NCBI GenBank assembly: GCA_038893835.1
Contig: JAWAQR010000011.1
Location: 1 to 36,938 of the forward strand
From: Archaeoglobaceae archaeon
GTDB taxonomy: Archaea; Halobacteriota; Archaeoglobi; Archaeoglobales; Archaeoglobaceae
Length of the DNA: 36,938 nt
Direction of reading: 5' to 3'
This document shows positions 19,121-27,484 of the stretch, piece by piece. A model generated the notes under the pieces. It was not told where the DNA came from. It did no database searches and saw only the letters and a list, made by a program, of their open reading frames with translations. Numbering within the stretch: the stretch's first letter is position 1; each line of letters begins with the position of its first letter. The translations under genes and the position numbers were made by a program.

Positions 19121-19896
19121 CCCATGTTTCTGAAAGTTATCTCCACCAACGGATGTGGAACGTCTTCTATTATTTCAATATCCTTCAGCGAGTTTAAACC
19201 TTTCTTCTTCGCCATCTTCTCTATCCCCAGCTCAAAGTCTCCATTGACAGATATTATATACGCATCCAGCTCCTCAATTCCAAGTTTCATGGCTGCAACT
19301 GCTCTATGATGCCCATCGACTAGGAAAAAGCGGGAATCTTTTTTGATAACTATTATCGGCTCAGCAAGCCCTCTTTTTATCTCATGAATTCTCCCCCTTA
19401 GCTCATCAGCGTAAACCTTGCTCTGCGTTGGTATCAACTTTGAAATGGAAACTTTACCACGCATGACTTCCACTTTTACTCCATGGACTTTTTCAATCGT
19501 CTTTTTTAGCTTTTCAACCTTTGATGGATCGACTCTTTCTATCTGACTTCTTATCACATCCGCATTCGAAATTATTCCAACTAGCCTATTCGACTCATCT
19601 ACGACAGGAAGTTTTGAATGACCTGTTCTGAACATAACTCTCGCAACATCTCTGAGATCCATGAATTCTCTGGCAACGTATAGCTGTTTTGACATAACAT
19701 CCTTTATCTTTGTCTCAGGATTTACACCAACTATGTCAACAGCGGAAACGTAGCCAATCACCTTCATTTCATTGTCTACAACCGGAAAGCTGTCGTGACC
19801 AGTTTTTCTAATCAATTCTATTGCATCCGCTACTGTGTTGTCTGGCTTGAGCGTTACGACATTTCTAGTCATATAATCCGCTACCCTTATCTTCAT
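19117..19896 (-). CDS. CBS-pair + ParB/Sulfiredoxin-like domain protein
   Basis: Two CBS domains, then LIPTQ...EPIIV...LVDGHHRAVAA. Confidence 0.9.
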   Translation of the reverse strand: MKIRVADYMTRNVVTLKPDNTVADAIELIRKTGHDSFPVVDNEMKVIGYVSAVDIVGVNPETKIKDVMSKQLYVAREFMDLRDVARVMFRTGHSKLPVVDESNRLVGIISNADVIRSQIERVDPSKVEKLKKTIEKVHGVKVEVMRGKVSISKLIPTQSKVYADELRGRIHEIKRGLAEPIIVIKKDSRFFLVDGHHRAVAAMKLGIEELDAYIISVNGDFELGIEKMAKKKGLNSLKDIEIIEDVPHPLVEITFRNMG

Positions 19897-20699
19897 AGCC
19901 TCTCAAGATATTCGATGACGTTCCTGAAGATATAATATCCGTCTCCAAAAGTCCTTTTTCTGTAATCGAACATTGCCCTTTCTGGATGTGGCATCAGGCC
20001 AAATACTGTGTGAGTAACATTGCAAATTCCGGCGATGTTGTAAAAACTCCCATTTGGGTTCCATGGATAGCCAGCGTAATTTCCCTTATCGTCAACGTAT
20101 CTAAAAACTATTTGCTCGTTCTCCTTTAACTTCTCCAAAAATTCTTCCTCTTTATCCTTTGGAAATACAACCTTTCCTTCTGCATGGGCAACTGGGATCT
20201 TCAAAATCTCTTTGTCAACGTTTCTAGTGAAGATGCACTTTCTGCTCTCTACTTTAAGTAAGGTTTGTCTGCACTCAAATCTTCCTGAATCATTTATAGC
20301 TAGAGCCATTTCAGGCTTTTCAGCTATTGGTCTATCTTCATCAAACCCAGGTAAAGCTCCGAGTTCTGCAAGAATCTGAAAACCATTACAGATACCCAGA
20401 ATTGGATATCCATACTTTATGAACTCTTCAAGATCCCTTCTTAACACACTCTTTACCCTTGCAGAAAATATTGCACCAGCACGCACATAATCACCAGCTG
20501 AGAAGCCTCCGGGAAAAACTATGCAGTTGTAGTCGAAGATGCTCCTTTGGTCTTCAAATCTTATCATGTCGCTGTAAAACTGCTTCAAATGAACTATTTC
20601 AGCTTCAACACCAAGGCTTTTGAAAGCCAAAGCTGTTTCCTCTTCACAATTTGTTCCTTCAATCCTAATTATCGCAACTCTTATCTCCTCTTTATCCAT
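19893..20699 (-). CDS. purQ: Phosphoribosylformylglycinamidine synthase I
   Basis: GTNCE, PGGFSAGD, GICNGFQ, AHAEG, NPNGS, MPHPER. Confidence 0.97.
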   Translation of the reverse strand: MDKEEIRVAIIRIEGTNCEEETALAFKSLGVEAEIVHLKQFYSDMIRFEDQRSIFDYNCIVFPGGFSAGDYVRAGAIFSARVKSVLRRDLEEFIKYGYPILGICNGFQILAELGALPGFDEDRPIAEKPEMALAINDSGRFECRQTLLKVESRKCIFTRNVDKEILKIPVAHAEGKVVFPKDKEEEFLEKLKENEQIVFRYVDDKGNYAGYPWNPNGSFYNIAGICNVTHTVFGLMPHPERAMFDYRKRTFGDGYYIFRNVIEYLERL

Positions 20700-20732
20700 A
20701 AGCGAACTTTGCTCAAAAGATATTAATTTTGC

Positions 20733-21611
20733 TCAGAAATACCAGGAGTGTGGAAAAATTGGTCTTAAATTGCGTTGATTGATGAATTTAATAAATTCCG
20801 CTAGTGCGGATTTTTCAACCCTTTCGTCCAATGCAGTTCTTGCACTACTCTCCCTACCGTAACTCCAAAGGACGTCGTCCAAAACATCGGCATCGATTTC
20901 AGCTTCTTTTGAAAGAATTTCCAATGCTTTTCCAGTTTCTTCTCTTAGCTTCAAGACTTCACTTTCATTCAGAACTTCTCCTTCCACAATCTTCTTTAGA
21001 ATTCTTTCTTCCGGTTCCAGAATTCCAGAATTCAGCGCAACTTTCACGAGTATATTGTCGATGGGAAAATGTATTTTTCCAACTATTTTAAAACCACTTC
21101 TTTTTAGAATTTTTAGGAAAAGATAGCTTTTCTTCTTCATCGGATCTTCATAGGCCCTGAATTCTCTGAGTTTTTCCGTTATCTCATCTACCAGAAAATT
21201 AGAGGATTTTATGAGGTTCATTATGTCTCCTTCATAATCTCTCAAAAGTTTTGATGCACAATCTCTAAGCAAGAAAGCTCTCTCGTCTGGATTTCTAACG
21301 ACGATTCCCTGAAAACTGAATATTTCAATTATCTGTGAGGTATCAATGTTTAGCAAATTCCTAGCTGTGAAAAAGTCTCTTTTTTGCATTTGTTTTCTTC
21401 TTGCGAGATAGAAGAGTAAATCCGATCCCCGATATTTCCAATCGACATCAAAACCTGTTCTATGGTCAATTGCAACCATGAAAAAGACGTAATTTGGGTA
21501 TATATAATCATCTAGATCGGGAAATAAATCCGGGTTATCAAATTTTATTGGATCATACTTTAAATTTTTTATTATTTTTGCCAATTTTTTAATCTTCTCT
21601 TCATTTATCAT
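20733..21611 (-). CDS. Hypothetical protein, Qng1/DUF2419 (queuosine salvage)-like HhH glycosylase fold
   Basis: R..LLRD, AYEDPMKKKSYLF, PIDNILVKVALNSGIL, E..KLR, LDDVLWSYGR in the same order as in Qng1/HhH-GPD enzymes. Confidence 0.55.
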   Translation of the reverse strand: MINEEKIKKLAKIIKNLKYDPIKFDNPDLFPDLDDYIYPNYVFFMVAIDHRTGFDVDWKYRGSDLLFYLARRKQMQKRDFFTARNLLNIDTSQIIEIFSFQGIVVRNPDERAFLLRDCASKLLRDYEGDIMNLIKSSNFLVDEITEKLREFRAYEDPMKKKSYLFLKILKRSGFKIVGKIHFPIDNILVKVALNSGILEPEERILKKIVEGEVLNESEVLKLREETGKALEILSKEAEIDADVLDDVLWSYGRESSARTALDERVEKSALAEFIKFINQRNLRPIFPHSWYF

Positions 21612-21673
21612 TAATCTATATACATAGCCAACTTTTTAAAAACCTAACCAAATTCAGCTGACTTCTTTGGGAG

Positions 21674-21689
21674 CGAAAGAGTTTTATCC
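21674..21689 (+). promoter_or_regulatory. BRE/TATA promoter for the box C/D sRNA
   Basis: CGAAAGAG-TTTTATCC about 25 bp upstream of the sRNA 5' stem. Confidence 0.6.
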
Positions 21690-21705
21690 ATATGTCGATA
21701 ATTTT

Positions 21706-21765
21706 TTTGCCGATGATGACTGATGGGCGATCTGATAAGTGATGAGAGGGAGAGTCTGAGGCAAA
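21706..21765 (+). ncRNA. Box C/D 2'-O-methylation guide sRNA
   Basis: Box C ATGATGA 21713-19, D' CTGA 21732-35, C' GTGATGA 21739-45, D CTGA 21756-59; terminal stem TTTGCC/GGCAAA; 12- and 10-nt guides. Confidence 0.92.
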
Positions 21766-21905
21766 GCATTCCGGTTTTGAAAAATGGGGAGTTGATACCT
21801 CTGCTTGGATGACATGGTTTATGCAGTACGATGAGAGAGAAGGGGAAGTCTCAATGTTCGAACTCCTTTGAGTAATCCTTAAATTACCAACCTTGTCGAT
21901 AGCTG

Positions 21906-22958
21906 ATGAAGGTTTCAATAGTAAACTTCCTAACTCAGCTTTCAATAGCCTCATCCCTCCTTTTCATCCCTATATTTGCAAAAGAACTCGGAGCTTCGGA
22001 TTTGGAATTAGGTCTGATCTCGTCAGCTTATAGCCTTTCAACTCTAATCGCATCGAACATCTTCGGCAGAATTTCCGATTATTACGAAAGGAAGAAGATA
22101 ATCTTGCTAGGTCTAGCCATTTCAGCGTTCTTCTTCTTTTCCCAATCCTTTGCGACAAACCCTTTACAACTTCTTTTGGTCAGAGCTATGCTTGGATTTT
22201 CCATAGGAATATTTCCTCCAGCTCTCATCAGCTACGCTTATAGTAAGAACAAAAATATAGGATATTTTTCTTCCTTTGGTAGTCTTGGGTGGGCTGTTGG
22301 GCAATTAATCGCTGGAATAATCGTTCTTTACTGGGGAATTTTTACTCTGGGCTCGATATTGACTTTGATGGCATTTTTTATAATTTTAAATGAAAAAATT
22401 CCTTCAGAAAAAATAAATCTTAGAAGTCCTCTAAGGCTCTTAAAGGAAAATTTTTCAGTCTATTTTGCCTTCTTCATCCGTCACACTGGAGCAAGTGCAG
22501 TGTGGCTAATTTTTCCAATTTATCTTTCCGAATTGGGAATTTCAAAGTTCTGGATAGGAGCTATTTACTTCACAAACTCTTTTTTGCAGTTCCTCATAAT
22601 GCAGAAAATTGACAGATTCGATCCAAAAATTCTGATGAACCTTGGAGCAATTTTTTCCGGCATAGCATTTTATCTTTACTCAATTTCCTCGCAGATCTGG
22701 GAATTTTTATTTGCCCAATTCTTCATAGCATTTGGATGGAGTTCCATATATGTTGGGGCTCTTAAAATGCTTCTGAATGAAAATGTAGAAAGAAGTAGCG
22801 TTTCGGGATTTTTGAATTCAACAATAAATCTATCCACTGTGATCGGATCAATTTTTGGTGGATTTATAGCTGAGAATTTTGGTTACAAATCCTGTCTTTA
22901 TTTTGGAGCAGTCCTGAGCTTTTTGGCCGTGTTTTTCGTAGGAAAAAGAAAAATTTAG
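21906..22958 (+). CDS. MFS transporter
   Basis: Motif A variant GRISDYYERKK; about 12 TM segments. Confidence 0.9.
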   Translation: MKVSIVNFLTQLSIASSLLFIPIFAKELGASDLELGLISSAYSLSTLIASNIFGRISDYYERKKIILLGLAISAFFFFSQSFATNPLQLLLVRAMLGFSIGIFPPALISYAYSKNKNIGYFSSFGSLGWAVGQLIAGIIVLYWGIFTLGSILTLMAFFIILNEKIPSEKINLRSPLRLLKENFSVYFAFFIRHTGASAVWLIFPIYLSELGISKFWIGAIYFTNSFLQFLIMQKIDRFDPKILMNLGAIFSGIAFYLYSISSQIWEFLFAQFFIAFGWSSIYVGALKMLLNENVERSSVSGFLNSTINLSTVIGSIFGGFIAENFGYKSCLYFGAVLSFLAVFFVGKRKI

Positions 22959-24388
22959 GCTGATTTAATGCTCACAGAGTATTTTACACCATCTATGACT
23001 ACTTCAAAGTCTCCAGAAATCTTTGTTGGAATGGGGAATGGTTCTTCCTTGCTTTGCTTTAATAAGAACTGCAGACCGGTTTGCGGGAAAAGAGCATAGA
23101 TTAGTACATTCTCCTCTGTCGTCTCAATCCCTTTTTCTTCAAGTTCCTTTTTTCTCTTTTCAAATTCTGGTTCAAGTAAATCGGCCGGTCTGCAATCTAT
23201 TGGCTTTTCATCTCCCAATATTTTCTTGACTATCTCTTCTCTTATCGGTGCCGGAGTTCTGCCATACATTCCCTTTACGAGATCCTTCGATTCCTTTGTC
23301 ACTACTTTATACCTTTCACCCATCAAGACATTTATAACTGCTTGAACGCCAACGATTTGGCTAGTTGGTGTAACAAGGGGCGGATATCCGAAATCTTCCC
23401 TAACTTTTGGCACCTCTTTTAAAACCTCTTCAAGCTTTTCTAGCGCATTTTGCTCCTTTAACTGTGCGATCATGTTGGAGAACATTCCTCCAGGAATTTG
23501 ATAAACGAGAACATTGGTATCTGGGATTGTAGAAATTGGATCTAAATAACCAGCATATTTCTCTCTTATCTTCATGAAATAATTTCTAACCTCGAGTAGT
23601 ACATCCATTTTTACCCCAGTCTTGTAGCCGAGCTCTTCGAGTACATACACCATAGTTTCTGTTGGAGGATGAGATGTTCCATGAGCTAGAGGGGACATGC
23701 AGGTATCTATCATCTCTGCTCCAGCTTCAACCGCCTTTAATAAGCTCATTGATGCCATTCCACTTGTGTAATGCGAATGAACGTTTATTGGGAGGTTTAT
23801 TTCCTTCTTTAAAGCTCTCACGAGTTCATATGCAACTTTTGGTGAAAGAAGACCAGCCATATCTTTTATGCATATGGAGTCAACTTCCATCGTGGCAAGT
23901 TCTTTTGCAATTTCAACGTACTTTTCTATAGTATGAACTGGGGAAATCGTGTAGCAAATCGTCCCTTGAACATGGTGGGCACCGTATTTTTTGGCGAACT
24001 TTATCGAACTTATTAAATTTTTGGTATCGTTTAGCGCATCAAAGATTCTGAAAAAGTCTAATCCGCACTCTATCGTCTTCTTTATAAACTTCTCCACAAC
24101 GTCGTCGGGGTAATGTCTATAACCGACCAAGTTTTGCCCTCTCAGGAGCATTTGTAGAAGGGTGTTCTTTACTCTCTTCCTTATTTCCCTTAACCTCTCC
24201 CACGGGTTCTCATTCAGATAACGATGGCAAACATCAAAAGTAGCCCCTCCCCAAACTTCGAAAGAATAAATTCCGGCGCTGTCAAAAGTTTCAAGGATTG
24301 GAAGTATGTCTCTAGTTCTAAGTCTGGTTGCTAGGAGAGATTGATGTCCATCTCGCATCGTTAAATCTATTATCCTCACATTCGCCAT
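22955..24388 (-). CDS. Pyruvate/oxaloacetate carboxyltransferase (PycB/OadA), no biotinyl domain
   Basis: RDGHQSLLATR, WGGATFD, IKDMAG, HSHYTSG, YPPLVTPTSQIVG; no AMKM motif. Confidence 0.93.
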   Translation of the reverse strand: MANVRIIDLTMRDGHQSLLATRLRTRDILPILETFDSAGIYSFEVWGGATFDVCHRYLNENPWERLREIRKRVKNTLLQMLLRGQNLVGYRHYPDDVVEKFIKKTIECGLDFFRIFDALNDTKNLISSIKFAKKYGAHHVQGTICYTISPVHTIEKYVEIAKELATMEVDSICIKDMAGLLSPKVAYELVRALKKEINLPINVHSHYTSGMASMSLLKAVEAGAEMIDTCMSPLAHGTSHPPTETMVYVLEELGYKTGVKMDVLLEVRNYFMKIREKYAGYLDPISTIPDTNVLVYQIPGGMFSNMIAQLKEQNALEKLEEVLKEVPKVREDFGYPPLVTPTSQIVGVQAVINVLMGERYKVVTKESKDLVKGMYGRTPAPIREEIVKKILGDEKPIDCRPADLLEPEFEKRKKELEEKGIETTEENVLIYALFPQTGLQFLLKQSKEEPFPIPTKISGDFEVVIDGVKYSVSIKSA

Positions 24389-24460
24389 GATACGTATTTC
24401 GATCTAAAAATTATAAATTTTTCCATGTTTTTTAAACAATTAACAAATGCGATACGTATT
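24389..24460. promoter_or_regulatory. Two copies of GATACGTATT (palindromic core ATACGTAT) flanking the pycB promoter
   Basis: Copies at 24389-24398 and 24451-24460. Confidence 0.55.
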
Positions 24461-24514
24461 CAAAAATTTTGCAAAATCGAGAAAAATTTAAAATTTAAAA
24501 AAAGATGAATCAAC

Positions 24515-24913
24515 ATGGACGAAATAGAGGAGATACGGAAAAAGAAGCTCAGGAAGCTGATGAGGATGGTTGGTGAGAAGAACGTTAAACCTGTAGAATT
24601 GGATCAGAACAATTTTGAATCTTTTATAAATCAAAATGAGAATGCAGTCGTTGATTTCTGGGCAGAGTGGTGCATGCCATGCAGATATGTTTCGCCGATA
24701 ATAGATGAGTTGGCTAAGGAATTTTCAGGCAAAGTTGCATTTGGAAAGGTAAACGTTGACGAAAATCAGAGAATTGCAGCTAAATTCGGAATAACAGCAA
24801 TACCTACTCTAATATTTTTCAAGAAAGGTAAAGCGGTAGATCAAATAGTTGGGGCAATGCCCAAGAGGGATATAAAGGCTTGGGTTGAAAGGAACCTTGA
24901 GAAAGATTTATAG
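24515..24913 (+). CDS. trxA: Thioredoxin
   Basis: VDFWAEWCMPC, GKVNVDEN, IPTL. Confidence 0.93.
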   Translation: MDEIEEIRKKKLRKLMRMVGEKNVKPVELDQNNFESFINQNENAVVDFWAEWCMPCRYVSPIIDELAKEFSGKVAFGKVNVDENQRIAAKFGITAIPTLIFFKKGKAVDQIVGAMPKRDIKAWVERNLEKDL

Positions 24914-24934
24914 CTCCATGCTCTGCGTTTGGAC

Positions 24935-25162
24935 ATGGAAATAGTCTGTAAGATCTGTAACAAAAAGATAGCAGTTGACACGAGATTTGGAATTCAGGAA
25001 TGTGGATGTGGCGCTTATTACAGAATGAGCAGAGATTTCAGCAACAAATGGGTATTTGCTGGTTTTGGAAAAGCAACTAGAGAGAAGACGAGAGAAGAAA
25101 TAGAGACCAAAGAAGAAAAGGAGAAGTACCAGGTTCAAAAACTCAGGAAGAAGAAGAGCTGA
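24935..25162 (+). CDS. Small putative Zn-ribbon protein with charged/basic tail
   Basis: CKIC...CGCG; Lys/Glu-rich C-terminus. Confidence 0.6.
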   Translation: MEIVCKICNKKIAVDTRFGIQECGCGAYYRMSRDFSNKWVFAGFGKATREKTREEIETKEEKEKYQVQKLRKKKS

Positions 25163-25199
25163 AACGATAACTTAAAATACCTTGGTCAATTAGTTTAAA

Positions 25200-25236
25200 C
25201 TCCGTAGGAGGCTTTGAGCCGAAGCACTACGGGAGG
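25200..25236 (+). promoter_or_regulatory. L1 autoregulatory leader (23S rRNA L1-site mimic) sequestering the SD
   Basis: CCGUAG/CUACGG stem, GA and GAAGCA internal loop, GGCU-UUG-AGCC hairpin; adjoins and partly overlaps GGAGG; promoter CGATAACTTAAAATA at 25165-25179. Confidence 0.8.
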
Positions 25237-25242
25237 TTTGAT

Positions 25243-25890
25243 ATGCTTGCGAAAAAAGAGGATTTCGTAAAGGCGATAAGCGAGGCGATAAGCAAGGCTA
25301 AGGAAAGGAAGTTTGTAGAATCTGTTGAGATGGCAGTCAACCTCAGGAACGTTGATATGAGGAAGCCGGAGAATAGAATAGATACCATAGTTCTATTACC
25401 CCATGGCGTTGGAAAGCCTAGGAAAGTAGGTGTATTTGCGAGAGGAGAGACGTTGTTAAAGGCGAAGAACGCGAATGCAGATATAGTTCTATCACCTGAA
25501 GATATAGATCAGCTTTCAAAGGATAAGAGAAGAGCGAGGAAGATTGCTAACGAAATAGACTTTTTCATAGCCGAGGCTCCATTGATGGCAGAAATCGGTA
25601 AAAAGCTTGGGTCTATCCTTGGTCCGAGAGGAAAGATTCCACAGCCAATTCCACCACTTTCGGATCCGAAGCCATTGATAGATAGACTGAGGAATTCCGT
25701 GAGAGTAAGGACAAGAGATAAAATGACTTTCCATGCTCCTATAGGTATAAAGACGATGAGCGTAGATGCAATGGCTGAGAATGCGCTGGAAATCCTCAAA
25801 GTTGTCGAGAACAAGTACGAAAATCCACATTTAATATTGAAGTCTGTGTTTGTTAAAACCACAATGGGTCCTGCAGTAAGGGTGATATGA
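25243..25890 (+). CDS. rpl1: 50S ribosomal protein L1
   Basis: RKFVESVE, LGPRGKIP, KTTMGP. Confidence 0.98.
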   Translation: MLAKKEDFVKAISEAISKAKERKFVESVEMAVNLRNVDMRKPENRIDTIVLLPHGVGKPRKVGVFARGETLLKAKNANADIVLSPEDIDQLSKDKRRARKIANEIDFFIAEAPLMAEIGKKLGSILGPRGKIPQPIPPLSDPKPLIDRLRNSVRVRTRDKMTFHAPIGIKTMSVDAMAENALEILKVVENKYENPHLILKSVFVKTTMGPAVRVI

Positions 25891-26900
25891 TGGCAGCAGT
25901 AAGGGGTTTGCCGCCAAAATGGAAAGTGGAAGAAGTTGAAAAAATAAAGAACTTGATTTCAAACTATAGAGTATTGGCCTTGGTCAGTTTTCAAGGAGTT
26001 CCTGCAAACTTGATGCAAAAGATCAAAAGGGAACTTAAAGGCATTGCAGAGCTAAGAGTTGTGAAGAATACATTGCTAAACTTGGCCTTGGATTCTGTGG
26101 GCAAGGGTTATGATGAGCTCAAAAAATACGTAAAAGGTCAGATTGCAATAGTTGCAACAAACGAGAATCCATTCAAGCTTTACAAAAGACTTGAAAGCAT
26201 GAAAATAAATGCACCGCTTAAACCAAGTCAGATCTCTCCCATAGACGTGGTTGTGAACGAGGGGCCGACATCATTACCTCCAGGTCCAGCGGTTGCAGAG
26301 TTGCAAATGGCAGGAATTCCTGCAGCAGTTGAGAGAGGTAAGGTAGTTGTAAAGTCGAGGACAACCGTTGTAAAAGCTGGAGAAGTTGTTAGACCAGAAG
26401 TTGCCAAAGTGTTGGAAAAGCTTGGAATAAAGCCACTCAAAATCGGTTTGGAGACAATAGCTATTTTTGATGGGGTAATTTTGACCCCAGAGCTACTCAA
26501 GATAGATGAAAAGGCAATTCTGGAAGACTTCAAGAAAGCTTACAGCATGGCAATTAATCTGGCTGTAAACTGCTGCTATGTGACCGAAGAGACTGCACAG
26601 ATCTTGCTAGCAAAGGCTTTTAATGATGCTAGAAATCTGGCAATGGCTGCATGTATAACTGAGAGAGAAGTTATGCCAGATCTCATTGCAAAAGCATATG
26701 CAGATATGATTTCTCTGGCATCACTTTTGCCACCAGAAGCTTTGGATGATGATCTGAGATCGCTTTTATCTGTAAGAGTTGGAGAAGTGAAGAAGGTTGA
26801 GGAGGAGAAGGAAGAGAAGAAGAAGGAAGAAAAGAAGAAAGAGGAGGAAGAAAAGAAAGAAGAGGAAGCGATTGAAGGTCTTGCTGCTTTATTTGGTTGA
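25887..26900 (+). CDS. rplP0: 50S ribosomal protein L10/P0
   Basis: VVKNTL, NPFKLY, GPTSLPPGP, acidic tail GLAALFG. Confidence 0.98.
   Translation: MMAAVRGLPPKWKVEEVEKIKNLISNYRVLALVSFQGVPANLMQKIKRELKGIAELRVVKNTLLNLALDSVGKGYDELKKYVKGQIAIVATNENPFKLYKRLESMKINAPLKPSQISPIDVVVNEGPTSLPPGPAVAELQMAGIPAAVERGKVVVKSRTTVVKAGEVVRPEVAKVLEKLGIKPLKIGLETIAIFDGVILTPELLKIDEKAILEDFKKAYSMAINLAVNCCYVTEETAQILLAKAFNDARNLAMAACITEREVMPDLIAKAYADMISLASLLPPEALDDDLRSLLSVRVGEVKKVEEEKEEKKKEEKKKEEEEKKEEEAIEGLAALFG
26800..26896 (+). repeat. 97-bp exact repeat, copy 1 (3' end of rplP0)
   Basis: Identical to 27138-27234. Confidence 0.95.
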
Positions 26901-26914
26901 AGGAGGTGTTGTGA

Positions 26915-27238
26915 ATGGAGTATATATATGCGGCCTTATTGCTACACTCTGCTGGTAAGCCAATAACGGAGGATAACGTTAGAGCTGTATTGATGGCAGC
27001 AGGTATCGCTGTGAATGATGCAAGAGTAAAAGCTCTTGTTTCTGCTTTAGAAGGGATAAACATCAGCGAAGTTTTGCAAAGGAGTGCTGCTATGCCGATT
27101 GTAGGTCAGCCAGCAGTGCAGGTGACAGAAGTTAAGAAGGAGGAGAAGGAAGAGAAGAAGAAGGAAGAAAAGAAGAAAGAGGAGGAAGAAAAGAAAGAAG
27201 AGGAAGCGATTGAAGGTCTTGCTGCTTTATTTGGATAG
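26915..27238 (+). CDS. rpl12: 50S ribosomal protein L12/P1
   Basis: [18 protein letters not shown]. Confidence 0.98.
   Translation: MEYIYAALLLHSAGKPITEDNVRAVLMAAGIAVNDARVKALVSALEGINISEVLQRSAAMPIVGQPAVQVTEVKKEEKEEKKKEEKKKEEEEKKEEEAIEGLAALFG
27138..27234 (+). repeat. 97-bp exact repeat, copy 2 (3' end of rpl12)
   Basis: Identical to 26800-26896. Confidence 0.95.
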
Positions 27239-27259
27239 TTTTTCTTTTAAAAATTTTTT
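27239..27259 (+). terminator. Oligo-T terminator of the L1-P0-P1 operon
   Basis: T-tracts directly after the TAG stop. Confidence 0.6.
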
Positions 27260-27401
27260 AGATACCTAATTTTCTCATTTAAGATTTTTTATCTATATTC
27301 CCATACCATAAATTTTTGATGTTTTCAAGTCTATCGGAGTATAGTGTTCCTCACCTTTACCAAGTTTTGGACCATTGAAAAAGCTTAGAAGTCAAAAATA
27401 C

Positions 27402-27437
27402 AAGTTCCAGTGGAACTTCAATCGAAAAGTATATATA
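27402..27437 (+). promoter_or_regulatory. Histone promoter: palindrome AAGTTCCA-G-TGGAACTT, BRE CGAAAAG, TATATATA
   Basis: Perfect 8-1-8 inverted repeat at 27402-27418, 4 bp upstream of the BRE. Confidence 0.7.
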
Positions 27438-27484
27438 TACCTAATACTAAATTTCATAACGAGAGGAGAAAGGAGGTGAATTAG

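Noticed and set aside
21766-21870. Possible second sRNA or antitoxin remnant (IPVLKNGELIPLL)
   Set aside because: No complete C/D box set, and the peptide similarity is too short to support a call.
21616-21954. 112-aa minus-strand ORF
   Set aside because: Antisense to the box C/D sRNA and the MFS start; no protein features.
26800-27234. Purine-rich repeats as CRISPR or mobile element
   Set aside because: They encode the Glu/Lys hinge of the stalk proteins; no spacers, cas genes or transposase in the window.
27260-27400. Short minus-strand open stretch upstream of the histone gene
   Set aside because: No start context or recognisable homology.
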